Shown here piece after piece: positions 43,643-53,031 of a stretch of 64,000 bases of DNA (positions are counted from its first letter, which is position 1; each line of letters begins with the position of its first letter). The stretch is from contig CAVZFX010000003.1 of the NCBI GenBank assembly GCA_963774715.1, forward strand, positions 81,824 to 145,823, written 5' to 3'. The position numbers were made by a program, and so were the translations under genes. This DNA comes from an uncultured Alphaproteobacteria bacterium. GTDB lineage: Bacteria > Pseudomonadota > Alphaproteobacteria > Rhizobiales > Xanthobacteraceae. The notes below the pieces were generated by a model that was not told the DNA's origin, ran no database searches, and saw only the letters and a list, made by a program, of their open reading frames with translations.

Positions 43643-43666
43643 CCCTCCCCCGCTCGCGGGGGAGGG
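43643..43666. repeat. REP-type hairpin CCCTCCCCC-GCTCGC-GGGGGAGGG
   Basis: Perfect 9-bp stem read directly, between the decarboxylase and GNAT genes. Confidence 0.65.
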
Positions 43667-43708
43667 AAGGAACGGGGACCGCAGCGCAACGGCCGATAGG
43701 AGCGGATC

Positions 43709-44278
43709 ATGGTGACCATCCGGGAAGAGAAGATCGCTGACGTCGCCGCGCGTGAGGCCTTGCTCGACGAGGCCTACGGCCCGGTGCGTTTTGCCAAGGC
43801 GTCCGAGCGGCTGCGCGAAGGACGATTGCCGGCGAACGGCTTGTCGCTGGTCGCGGTCGAACACGGCCATCTCGTCGGTACGGTCCGGCTGTGGAATGTC
43901 AGCGCCGGGCCGGGGCGGGCAGCCTTGCTGCTCGGGCCCTTGGCCGTTCATCCGGCGCATCGCAATCGCGGCATCGGCACCACGCTCGTTCGTCGCGCCA
44001 TCGCGCGGGCGCGTCTCGCCGGCCACGGCGCTATTCTTCTGGTCGGCGACGCACCGTATTACGGCCGTTTCGGTTTTTCCGCGGCCTCGACCGGCGGCCT
44101 GTGGATGCCCGGCCGTTACGATCGCGACCGGCTGCTTGCGCTCGCGCTCAAACCCGGCGCACTCGACGGTGCGCGCGGTCTGATCGGCGCTGCGGGGCCG
44201 CTTGCGCCGGCGCCCGATCTCGCCACCCTTGTGGCAGAGGATCGGCGCGCCGAAAGGACTCGCGTCCGCGCGGCCTAG
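43709..44278 (+). CDS. GNAT-family N-acetyltransferase
   Basis: LAVHPAHRNRGIGTTLVRRAI acetyl-CoA binding motif. Confidence 0.8.
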   Translation: MVTIREEKIADVAAREALLDEAYGPVRFAKASERLREGRLPANGLSLVAVEHGHLVGTVRLWNVSAGPGRAALLLGPLAVHPAHRNRGIGTTLVRRAIARARLAGHGAILLVGDAPYYGRFGFSAASTGGLWMPGRYDRDRLLALALKPGALDGARGLIGAAGPLAPAPDLATLVAEDRRAERTRVRAA

Positions 44279-44403
44279 CCGCAAATCAGCAAAAGATCGG
44301 GGACGCCACGGATAAAAAATCCGTGGCGTCTCTTCCGTTTCCGCATTGCCGCGGATATCACCCCAAGATTGTCGACCCATGATTGCCGTTGGAGGCTTGC
44401 ACG

Positions 44404-45834
44404 ATGACCGAATGGCCTGTTCACGCCCGCATCACCGGTCCCGTTGTTATGATCGGTTTCGGCTCGATCGGCAAAGGTACGCTGCCTTTGATCGAGCGTC
44501 ATTTCGATTATGACAAATCGCGTTTCGTGGTCATCGATCCCGAGGATAAGGACCGCAAGCTATTGGACGACCGCGGCATCCGTTTCATTCACCAGGCGGT
44601 CACACGCGACAACTACCGCAAGCTCCTCGGACCTTTGCTCAAAGACGGCGGCGGGCAGGGCTTTTGCGTCAATCTCTCGGTGGACACCTCGTCGGTCGAC
44701 ATCATGGAGTTCTGCCGCGAGATCGGAGTCCTTTACATCGACACCGTGGTCGAGCCCTGGCCTGGGTTCTACTTTGATTCCAAGCTCGGTCCGGAAGCGC
44801 GTTCGAACTACGCGCTGCGCGAAACCGTGCTGGCGGCGCGCCGCAAAACCCCCGGCGGCACCACGGCGGTGTCGTGCTGCGGCGCCAATCCCGGGATGGT
44901 GTCCTGGTTCGTCAAGCAGGCACTTCTGAATATCGCCGGCGATCTCAAGCTCAAGTTCAAAGAGCCAAAGTCGCGCGAGGAATGGGGCAGGCTCGCCAAG
45001 AAGGTCGGCGTCAAAGGCATCCACATCGCCGAGCGCGACACCCAGCGCGCCGTGAAGCCGAAGCCGATCGAGGTCTTCGTCAATACCTGGTCCGTCGAAG
45101 GCTTTCTCTCCGAAGGCATGCAGCCCGCCGAGCTCGGCTGGGGCACGCATGAGAAGAAGCTGCCGAAAAACGGTTTTAAGCATAAGACCGGCTGCCAGGC
45201 GGCGATCTATCTGACCCAGCCCGGCGCCAATACGCGGGTACGCTCATGGACGCCGACGGCCAAGGCGCAATACGGATTTCTGGTGACGCACAACGAGTCG
45301 ATCTCGATCGCGGACTATTTTACGCTGCGCGACGGCCGCAAAGTGATCTACCGGCCGACATGCCATTACGCCTATCATCCCTGCAACGACGCGGTGCTGT
45401 CGCTGCACGAGCTGTTCGGCCAGGCCGGCAAACGGCAGCCGGCCATTCACATTCTGGACGAGCACGAGATCGCCGACGGCATCGACGAGCTCGGCGTGCT
45501 GCTCTACGGCCACAAGAAGAACGCCTATTGGTACGGTTCGCAGCTTTCGATCGACGAGACCCGCGACATCGCGCCCTATCAGAACGCCACCGGCCTGCAG
45601 GTGACCTCCGCCGTCCTCGCCGGCATGGTGTGGGCCGTTGAAAACCCGAAGGCCGGTATCGTCGAAGCCGACGAGATGGATTTCCGCCGCTGCCTCGAAG
45701 TGCAGATGCCGTATCTCGGGCCGGTGATCGGCGCCTATACCGATTGGACGCCGATCACGGATCGGCCCGGCTTGTTCCCGGAAGCGATGGATAAGCGCGA
45801 TCCGTGGCAATTCATCAATGTGCTGGTCAAATAA
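44404..45834 (+). CDS. hss: Homospermidine synthase
   Basis: MTEWPVHARITGPVVMIGFGSIGKGTLPLIERHF... matches the bacterial HSS N-terminus. About 477 aa. GGAGG RBS. Confidence 0.92.
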   Translation: MTEWPVHARITGPVVMIGFGSIGKGTLPLIERHFDYDKSRFVVIDPEDKDRKLLDDRGIRFIHQAVTRDNYRKLLGPLLKDGGGQGFCVNLSVDTSSVDIMEFCREIGVLYIDTVVEPWPGFYFDSKLGPEARSNYALRETVLAARRKTPGGTTAVSCCGANPGMVSWFVKQALLNIAGDLKLKFKEPKSREEWGRLAKKVGVKGIHIAERDTQRAVKPKPIEVFVNTWSVEGFLSEGMQPAELGWGTHEKKLPKNGFKHKTGCQAAIYLTQPGANTRVRSWTPTAKAQYGFLVTHNESISIADYFTLRDGRKVIYRPTCHYAYHPCNDAVLSLHELFGQAGKRQPAIHILDEHEIADGIDELGVLLYGHKKNAYWYGSQLSIDETRDIAPYQNATGLQVTSAVLAGMVWAVENPKAGIVEADEMDFRRCLEVQMPYLGPVIGAYTDWTPITDRPGLFPEAMDKRDPWQFINVLVK

Positions 45835-45847
45835 TAGTCGATGCTGA

Positions 45848-45871
45848 CGGATGCCTCGACCGCGGCGTCCG
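45848..45871. terminator. Hairpin CGGATGCC-8nt-GGCGTCCG between convergent hss and dsbA; possible bidirectional terminator
   Basis: 8-bp stem with one G-U pair, read directly. No strong T tract. Confidence 0.35.
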
Positions 45872-45885
45872 CTGTCTGTTGCGTT

Positions 45886-46722
45886 TCAATTCGCCGTGTT
45901 TCGGGCGGCCGCGATATCCCCCTCCAATGCGGCGACGCCGATGGCACCCACGACCAGATTTTTGCCGATCACGTAGGAAGGTGTGCCGCGGATGCCGATC
46001 GCACTGGCTAGCGTCATATCCTCGCTGAGCGTCGCTTTGACCTCGTCGCTTGCCATATCTTGCTCCAGGCGCGCCATGTCGAGGCCTTGATCTTTCGCGG
46101 CCGCCAGCGCCTTTTCTTTGCTGGCAGGCCCCGGACTGCCGAGGAGCTCCCGGTGGAAGGCAAGATATTTTGCGCTGTCCGGATCTTGCATGCGCACCGC
46201 GACGGCGACGCGCGCGGCATCCGCCGAGCCCGGTCCGAGGATGGGAAATTCCTTAAGTACGATTTTCAATTTCGGATCGTCTTTGAGAAGCGTGAGCATA
46301 TCGGGCAGCGCACGCTTGCAGAAGCCGCAATTGTAATCGAAAAACTCAACCAGCGTGACGTCGCCGTTTGGATTGCCGAGCGTAACCTGGTGCGGCGACG
46401 AAAATAATTCTGATTCGTTGTTCACGATCGCGGCGCTTGCTTCGGGCGGTGTCTTGGCGCTCGCCGCCCCCGTGGCACCGGCGCTCGTGCTTGCGGCCGG
46501 CCGATGCTTGAGCAGTTCGGCAATGATCTGTCCCACGGCCTCGGGGTGCTTGATCATGTAATCCTTGACGATCTCGCCGACTTCGTCGGGATGAGTTACG
46601 AGATAATCCTTGATGATGCCGTCGATCTCGCCGCGCAAATCCTGCGCCGGGCTCGGCTGCGGTGCGACGAGGATAAAGACGGCGAGAGCCAAGCTGCCGG
46701 CCACATTATTGAGCGCTTTCAT
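45886..46722 (-). CDS. DsbA-family periplasmic thiol:disulfide oxidoreductase
   Basis: Signal peptide and active site FDYNCGFCKR (CxxC). GTPSYVIG near the C-terminus. Confidence 0.9.
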   Translation of the reverse strand: MKALNNVAGSLALAVFILVAPQPSPAQDLRGEIDGIIKDYLVTHPDEVGEIVKDYMIKHPEAVGQIIAELLKHRPAASTSAGATGAASAKTPPEASAAIVNNESELFSSPHQVTLGNPNGDVTLVEFFDYNCGFCKRALPDMLTLLKDDPKLKIVLKEFPILGPGSADAARVAVAVRMQDPDSAKYLAFHRELLGSPGPASKEKALAAAKDQGLDMARLEQDMASDEVKATLSEDMTLASAIGIRGTPSYVIGKNLVVGAIGVAALEGDIAAARNTAN

Positions 46723-46752
46723 TGGCTTTTCTCCATCGCTGCCGCCTTACCG

Positions 46753-49515
46753 CTACCTTCTCGGAAGGAACATGCCCGGTGGATGCATCGGGCCCCGCAT
46801 GAACGGTCTGCCAGGAATGAACATGTGTGGGGGTGCGCCGAGCCTGATGCAAACGCCAAAGCGGTTCCGGAATTCGCCAGGCGGGCAAGGTGCCGGTCGC
46901 TCCGGCACGCAGGCGCCTTCGCCGTTGCGAATTTCGCCTCGCGGGCAAGGCGCCGGCCGCTCGGGCACGCAATGTCCCTCGCGGTCGCGAATTTCACCCG
47001 GCGGACAGGTCTCCGTCGATATGGGCACGCATTTGCCTTCGCGATCACGCTCTTCTCCGGACGGGCATGCCACCGTCGGAAGGGGCAGACAGGCGCCGCT
47101 GGTGCTGCGGAAGTTGCCCGGCGGGCATGACGTTGTGGGGATCGGTACGCACAAACCGCGTTCGTCGCGGAACTCTCCCGGCGCGCAGGACTGCTGCTGG
47201 ACATTGCAGGATTTGCCATCGGCGCCGACAAAACGGTTATTGCAGCAGGAGCCATCGGGCATCTTGCTGTAACCTGACGCGCACGTCGCGAGCGGAATAA
47301 GAACCTGGCACTCCTTGCGATTTGCCGGATCGACCGGGCCCGGACAGCAGACGCCGCGCGTTGTCACGTTCGCCGGTGGGCAGCATTGGCCGCTCGCCGT
47401 AGGAATTCCCGATGCACAGCATTGCGGTCCGGGCGGCAATTTGATCGGTATGTAGACGATCTTCTCGCACTGGCTCTTGTTGGTGCCGCCCGGCGTCTGT
47501 CCGGCGGGACAGCAGACGCCGGTGGAAGTCATCTTGCTGGAGAGACAACATGCGCTGCCGACCGGCACATAGCCTTTGCCGCAGCCCGTTGTCGGCGGAT
47601 TGGGCGGCGTCGGACACTGGCCGTTCACGAGCGCGGTGGCACAGCACGTCTGCCCGCTCCCTGCGCTGGTGTAAACTTGGCCGCTGTTGCAGCAGAAGTT
47701 ACTCGGACCCACCGCCGTCTGACCGGCCGGGCAAGTTGAATTCGAGCATGCGGCCGTGGCCGCGATTTGGTTCACGCTGCAACACCGGCCGTTGACCTGA
47801 ATATTGGGCGAAGAGCAACTCATGCATTCATTGGTGCCGGCGCGGGTCACCTCGCCCGGCTTGCAGCCGCCGGGCGGCGTCGGTGGCGGCGGCTTGGGAT
47901 GACCCGGCGGCGGGCCTGGCGGGCCGACCGGCGGAGCGCCGATTGGCGCCACGCCGCCAAATGGAACGAGTTCGGCGTGCTGGGCGGCAGAGCACAGTCT
48001 TTCGATGGCGATGTCTCCCATATGCCCGCGTTCCGCAGGGTCGTCGTAGCGATCGTCGTAATCGATGAAGTAGCTCTGCAACGGCGGCGCATTGTCGGGC
48101 CGGATGCGCCAGCCGCCGTTGCCTTGCAGGCCGTTGACATCCGGTGGGCCGGACTGGCCGCGCCGCGCCGCGAGCACCGGATCGGCGGGCTGGCGCAAAT
48201 TCTCGCCGGTTGCCCATAGGAAGCCGCCGCACGAACCCGGCACCAGCGCACCGTTGTGATCGTAATCGTAACCGATCGCGACGCCGCCGTTGCCGTTGCG
48301 GAAATCGGGCGGGAAGCCGATGGCGTATTCATCGGGCTGGAACTGCCAGATGCGCCGGCCGTTCGGCATGATCTCGACGATCGCGTAGCGCAACACGCGG
48401 CCGATTGCCGGAACGGACAAGGCCTCGAAGTCAAAGGCGCCGGTCGGCGCCGGCCGGTCGGCAAGCAACATTCGCCCTTGTTCGTCGAAGGTGATTTTCG
48501 AAATCTCCGTCGGGCCGCTCGAAGGCGGCACGGCGAGTTCGATCACCGCGTCATTGCCGAACGAGCCGTCGGCGTTGAGGCTGACTGACCAGATTTGCAG
48601 GGCGTCGGCGACGGCGTAATAGAGCCGGCCCTGATGGACCGCGAGACCGAAGACGCGGCGTGCCGGATCGGCATAGTTCCAGGTCGCGGGTTGCGTACTG
48701 TCGAATTGCGGGCTGGTGACATCGAGTGGCTGCTGGGATGTCCATGGCGCCGGCGGCAGGCCTTGAGCCTGGCGTCCGGTAACGCCGTGATCATAGCTGC
48801 CGAGATCGGTGCCGTTACGCGCAAAGCGATGGATCAGTCCGCTTTCGCGGTCAGCGACATAGAGCGATTGGGATGCGGGATCATAAGCAAGGCCGCCGAG
48901 TGCGGCGCCCGAATTGGCTCTGCCGTTGGTCGCCACATTGGCGAACAAGCTGACCGCGCCCGTTGCGCCGTCGATCTTCCAGATCGACCCGGGGCCGCCA
49001 TGCGGACCCCACAGGCCGGGCATGAAGGCCGCATTCGGCGCGCCGGACGCGATATGCACGGACTGCCCGTCCGGGCCGGGTGCGACGATCGGCAGTCCGT
49101 AGGCCGAGCTCGCCGCGACATAAATATTCGGTGGCGAATTGTCGTCGGCAGTCACGCCGAACACCTGACCGATCAAGGCGGCGCTGAAGGTGAACGGCTT
49201 CGGCGCGCCGACAAGCTGCGCCCGCGCCGGGCCGCCCATATTCTGCAAATCGACGATGCGGAGCGACGGGCCGCTCATATCGATAAAGGTCTTTTGGTTA
49301 GGATCGACACCCGGCGCGATCTGCGCCGGCGGCAGAGCACCGGAAAATCCGGTGACTGCGGCGTTGCCCGCGGCGTAGATCGGGTTTGGTTGCTGCGCAT
49401 GCAGCGCCGTAACCTGCCATGCAAAGAGAGCGAAGCTCAGCGCCCCAATGAAACGATGTCCGCCGCGCCATTTTCGGCGCGCAGCGAACGGACATTTTTG
49501 GGGCGCCCGGGCCAT
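46753..49515 (-). CDS. Large secreted protein: N-terminal propeller-like domain, Pro-rich linker, roughly 350-aa cysteine-rich C-terminal region with tandem repeats
   Basis: 920 aa with signal-like RFIGALSFALFAWQVTALHAQ. Linker PPVGPPGPPPGHPKPPPPTPPGG. About 40 Cys by hand count after residue 551. No family recognised. Confidence 0.8.
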   Translation of the reverse strand: MARAPQKCPFAARRKWRGGHRFIGALSFALFAWQVTALHAQQPNPIYAAGNAAVTGFSGALPPAQIAPGVDPNQKTFIDMSGPSLRIVDLQNMGGPARAQLVGAPKPFTFSAALIGQVFGVTADDNSPPNIYVAASSAYGLPIVAPGPDGQSVHIASGAPNAAFMPGLWGPHGGPGSIWKIDGATGAVSLFANVATNGRANSGAALGGLAYDPASQSLYVADRESGLIHRFARNGTDLGSYDHGVTGRQAQGLPPAPWTSQQPLDVTSPQFDSTQPATWNYADPARRVFGLAVHQGRLYYAVADALQIWSVSLNADGSFGNDAVIELAVPPSSGPTEISKITFDEQGRMLLADRPAPTGAFDFEALSVPAIGRVLRYAIVEIMPNGRRIWQFQPDEYAIGFPPDFRNGNGGVAIGYDYDHNGALVPGSCGGFLWATGENLRQPADPVLAARRGQSGPPDVNGLQGNGGWRIRPDNAPPLQSYFIDYDDRYDDPAERGHMGDIAIERLCSAAQHAELVPFGGVAPIGAPPVGPPGPPPGHPKPPPPTPPGGCKPGEVTRAGTNECMSCSSPNIQVNGRCCSVNQIAATAACSNSTCPAGQTAVGPSNFCCNSGQVYTSAGSGQTCCATALVNGQCPTPPNPPTTGCGKGYVPVGSACCLSSKMTSTGVCCPAGQTPGGTNKSQCEKIVYIPIKLPPGPQCCASGIPTASGQCCPPANVTTRGVCCPGPVDPANRKECQVLIPLATCASGYSKMPDGSCCNNRFVGADGKSCNVQQQSCAPGEFRDERGLCVPIPTTSCPPGNFRSTSGACLPLPTVACPSGEERDREGKCVPISTETCPPGEIRDREGHCVPERPAPCPRGEIRNGEGACVPERPAPCPPGEFRNRFGVCIRLGAPPHMFIPGRPFMRGPMHPPGMFLPRR
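46828..47187 (-). repeat. Six tandem 60-nt (20-aa) coding repeats C-P-x-G-E/N-x-R-x4-G-x-C-x-P-x4
   Basis: CAPGEFRDERGLCVPIPTTS / CPPGNFRSTSGACLPLPTVA / CPSGEERDREGKCVPISTET / CPPGEIRDREGHCVPERPAP / CPRGEIRNGEGACVPERPAP / CPPGEFRNRFGVCIRLGAPP. Confidence 0.85.
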
Positions 49516-49522
49516 TGTCTAT

Positions 49523-50701
49523 CTACTGCGCGACTTGTTTCGGTATGCACGTTCCGTCCGTCGGGTCGGGTATCGTTCCCGGCGGGCAACACTGTCCGCA
49601 CGACGTCACCTGGTTCGGATCGCAGCAAGCGCCGCTCATCGTCATGCCTTCGTTCGGGTTCGAACATGGCGTGACGCATTTGCCGCCGATCATTTCTTGC
49701 CCGGTGGGGCAGGTGACGATCGGCGGACAGATCGAACCCGTTGGGTTGAGCAGCGATACTTGCGACGGCACCGCGGGCCTGCCGTCGGGGCACATGCAGA
49801 CTTCGGCCAAGCCGCCCGACGTGCCCGCGGCTGTCGTTCCGCTTGGGCACTCACAGACATACATCACGTAGCCATTATTGATGTTGCCGCCGTCCTGATA
49901 GTAATTCGGCTCAGGGACGACCTGCATGGGCGCCGGACAGAAACAATAAGTATCGGGCGAGCAGTATTGGCTGTGGCCATCCCAGCCATCGGTAACACTG
50001 ATGACCATGGTGCCGCCGGCGACGGACTTGGTGATGACCGGCGGCGGATTGACGCCGTTCTGTCCGTAAATGGCGTTGGCGCAGGCCGGATCGTTGGGAT
50101 TGGCGCCATAGCCGGTGCATTCCTCGATCGGCGGCGTGCAATTCGCCGCGACCGGCGTCGGCGGTGTGCAGCCGCAGCCGCCCCAGCCGACATCCTGCTG
50201 GATGCCGCAAATCGCGCTTTGCAGGCAGGCCAGAACATCGCCGCCGAGTGCGCCGACCCCTTGATCCCACTGGCACGCACATTCCGCGGCGGCCACGGGA
50301 TTCGCCGCGCCGGATAAAAGCTGCTGCACCGTGTCGAGCGCACCGGTCGCGACACCGAGATTGCCCAGCGCGCTGCTGAGCGTGCCAAGATCGCTTTGTC
50401 CGTTGGTCAGATCGTTGAATGCGTTATTGATTGCGCCGCAAACATTGGCGCTCGGATCTTCGGCCATCACGCCGCCGAGCGCGGCCGCAAGCCCAACGAG
50501 CGCAGCGTCGCCGACCGGATCGGCATAAGTCGTGTCGCAGGCCGGCGATGAAACGCTCGATGCCGCGTTTTGCAGTGCGTTCCAGAAATCTTGCGGATCG
50601 CAGCTTTGCGCGCGCGCCTGAACGCACAGCGTACAAGTCACGGCCGCCGCAGCCAGCAGCGCCGCACTCACTCTCTCGACAACGCGCCAGCCAGTCGCCA
50701 T
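49523..50701 (-). CDS. Secreted cysteine-rich protein (392 aa), first gene of the Cys-rich/DsbA operon
   Basis: Signal peptide ...AAAAVTCTLCVQARAQ. C-terminal CC-containing modules (GACCDPNQVTSCGQCCPPGT) resemble those of the downstream 920-aa protein. Its stop is 7 nt before the next start. Confidence 0.75.
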   Translation of the reverse strand: MATGWRVVERVSAALLAAAAVTCTLCVQARAQSCDPQDFWNALQNAASSVSSPACDTTYADPVGDAALVGLAAALGGVMAEDPSANVCGAINNAFNDLTNGQSDLGTLSSALGNLGVATGALDTVQQLLSGAANPVAAAECACQWDQGVGALGGDVLACLQSAICGIQQDVGWGGCGCTPPTPVAANCTPPIEECTGYGANPNDPACANAIYGQNGVNPPPVITKSVAGGTMVISVTDGWDGHSQYCSPDTYCFCPAPMQVVPEPNYYQDGGNINNGYVMYVCECPSGTTAAGTSGGLAEVCMCPDGRPAVPSQVSLLNPTGSICPPIVTCPTGQEMIGGKCVTPCSNPNEGMTMSGACCDPNQVTSCGQCCPPGTIPDPTDGTCIPKQVAQ

Positions 50702-50820
50702 GGGGCAGCCGTGAGAATCGTGAGTTCTCGAACTGTCCCCTCTCCCCTAACGAACGCTACACCGCGCCGACGCGGCGTACAATGCCTTCGAACGGTAGGA
50801 TTTTACTCAACCCGGACGAT

Positions 50821-51840
50821 TTACTTCAGGCGCTTCGCCGCCTCCTCGACCATGCTGAGATCGGAATATTTCTTCACGTCGAGGCTCGACTTGATGAAGC
50901 CAAGCTCCTTGGTCATGTCGACGTTCTTCTGCAGCGCGTCGAGGTTCGGCATCAGATTGGGATCGTGATAGCAGTCCCGCTTGGTGAACGCCCAACTGAA
51001 GATCGCCGGCGGCTTCTTCACCAGATCGCCGAGGATTTGCATCGCCGCCTCGTGGTTCGCCGGATCCTCGTACCAGCGCGCGATACGCAAGGTGTCTTCG
51101 AAGAAATCGACCAGTGCGGCACGGTGCGCGTCGATGAACGGCTTGCGCGCGGTCCATACGATCATGTCGGCGACGCCGATGGCGTCCTTCTGGACGAACA
51201 GGTCGCGCGCGATTTTCTGCAGCTCGGGGTCGTAAGAGAACGGCAGCACCGCGGGAATAAGATCGACCTTCTTTTCCGCCAGCATCGATTTCATGGCAGG
51301 GAACGGCGCCTCGACGACGGTATAGTCGCGGTTGGGCTCCAATCCATGCTTGTGCAACATCGCTTTCATGGCGACGTCGACGGCGCTGCCCTCGGCATTG
51401 GTGGCGACGACCTTGCCCTTGAGGTCCTCGATCTTGTGGATCGGGCCGTCTTTGAGCACCATGTATTCTTGCGAATAGTAGCCCGGGACGCCGTCCTGGA
51501 ATTCGTCGGAAACGATACGCAGGTCGTCGAGCCCGGCGTTCTCGACGGCGATGCCAAGCGTCGAGTAAGCGAGGTTGGTGACCTCAACCTGGTTGTTGGC
51601 GAGCGCCGTGATCATCGGCGGCGTGCCGACATAGTGCACCGGATCCATCACGTAGGACTGGCCGAAATGCTTGGCGAGGTCCTTCTTCTGCAGCCAGATC
51701 GAAGCCCAATTGCCCGGTGCGACCCAGGCTTCGCGGATGTGTATGGGATCGGCCTTGGCGGATCCCGCACAAGCCAAAATCACGGCCAGACTGCACAGTC
51801 CGGCCCACGCAAGCGCCATCGCACGTGTGGTAGCACGCAT
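50821..51840 (-). CDS. ABC transporter substrate-binding protein (NitT/TauT family), paralogue 1
   Basis: Signal peptide. Alignable along its full length to the product of 51898-52902. Confidence 0.85.
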   Translation of the reverse strand: MRATTRAMALAWAGLCSLAVILACAGSAKADPIHIREAWVAPGNWASIWLQKKDLAKHFGQSYVMDPVHYVGTPPMITALANNQVEVTNLAYSTLGIAVENAGLDDLRIVSDEFQDGVPGYYSQEYMVLKDGPIHKIEDLKGKVVATNAEGSAVDVAMKAMLHKHGLEPNRDYTVVEAPFPAMKSMLAEKKVDLIPAVLPFSYDPELQKIARDLFVQKDAIGVADMIVWTARKPFIDAHRAALVDFFEDTLRIARWYEDPANHEAAMQILGDLVKKPPAIFSWAFTKRDCYHDPNLMPNLDALQKNVDMTKELGFIKSSLDVKKYSDLSMVEEAAKRLK

Positions 51841-51897
51841 CGTTCCCTCCCAAGGTGATGTGGGCGCCGTTGGTCGGCGCCTCGTTCTTAGAAGTTC

Positions 51898-52902
51898 TTA
51901 CTGCAGGCGCTTTGCTGCCTCTTGAATCAGGCTGAGATCGGAATGCGCCTTGACGTCGAACGTTGCTTTGACGAAGCCAAGATCCTTGGTCATGTCGACG
52001 TTCTTCTGCAACGCTCCAAGGTTCGGCATCATATTCGGATCGCGGTAGTAATCGGTCTTGGTGTAGAGCCAGCCGAAGCGCTCGACCGGCTGCTTAGTCA
52101 GCTGCGAAGCGATCTGCGCGGCTGCATCGTGATTTTTCGGGTCGAGGTACCAGCGCTCGATGCGCATCGTATCCTCAAGAAAGTCGACGAGCGCAGCGCG
52201 ATGCGCGTCGATGAACGGCTTGCGCGCGGTCCAGACAATGAACTGGGATACGCCAATCGCGTCGTGAACCGTGAACAGCGGCCGCGCGATCTTCTTGAGT
52301 TCCGGATCGAGCGCAAATGGCAGCACGGTGGGAATTAGGTCGACCTTCTTCTCCGCCAGCATCGCCTTCATCGCCGGGAACGGCGCTTCGACGATCGTGT
52401 AGTCGCGGTTGGCTTCGAGCCCGTGTTTGCGTAGCATCGCGCGCATGGCGACGTCGACGCCGCTGCCGATCGCATTCGTCGCAACGATCTTGCCCTTGAG
52501 GTCCTCCACTTTCTTGATCGGGCCGTCGGCAAGGACCTCGTACGCGTCGTCGCGATAGCCGGGAACGCCGTCCTGGAATTCGTCGGCGATGACGCGGATG
52601 TCGTCCATCCCGGCATTTGAGATGGCGATCGGCAATGTCGAATAGGCGAGATCGCCGATCTCCAGCTCGTTATTGGCGATGGCCGTGATCATCGGCGGCG
52701 TGCCGGCGAAATGCGTCGCCTCGAACGTGTAGGACTGACCGAAATGGTGAGCGAGGTCCTTCTTTTGCAGCCACATTGAGAACCAGTTGGCGACCGGCGC
52801 GACCCAGGCGCCGCGAATTTGCAGCGGATCGGCCTGCGCGAGGCTGACGCTCAACAGAAACAGCGCAAAGCTTGCCAATCCAATCTTCCCACGCATTCTC
52901 AT
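51898..52902 (-). CDS. ABC transporter substrate-binding protein (NitT/TauT family), paralogue 2
   Basis: GGAG RBS before ATG 52902 and a signal peptide. Roughly two-thirds identical to paralogue 1 by eye. Confidence 0.85.
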   Translation of the reverse strand: MRMRGKIGLASFALFLLSVSLAQADPLQIRGAWVAPVANWFSMWLQKKDLAHHFGQSYTFEATHFAGTPPMITAIANNELEIGDLAYSTLPIAISNAGMDDIRVIADEFQDGVPGYRDDAYEVLADGPIKKVEDLKGKIVATNAIGSGVDVAMRAMLRKHGLEANRDYTIVEAPFPAMKAMLAEKKVDLIPTVLPFALDPELKKIARPLFTVHDAIGVSQFIVWTARKPFIDAHRAALVDFLEDTMRIERWYLDPKNHDAAAQIASQLTKQPVERFGWLYTKTDYYRDPNMMPNLGALQKNVDMTKDLGFVKATFDVKAHSDLSLIQEAAKRLQ

Positions 52903-53031
52903 TGATCTCCCAAAAAGGCTGCAGTTTATTCGCAAATCGCCGGCGGGTTCGCCGGTTCGGCCCGATTGTGGGCGCAAAGGGCGATGCAAGGCAAGGCTCC
53001 GGCTTGCTGCCCCTTGCCGCACCGGCGCCGG

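Noticed and set aside
46828-47187. Regular 60-nt periodicity that could superficially suggest a CRISPR-like or satellite array.
   Set aside because: It lies inside a long ORF and the period is a multiple of three. The units are diverged rather than identical, with no unique spacers, and they encode a coherent Cys-containing peptide repeat.
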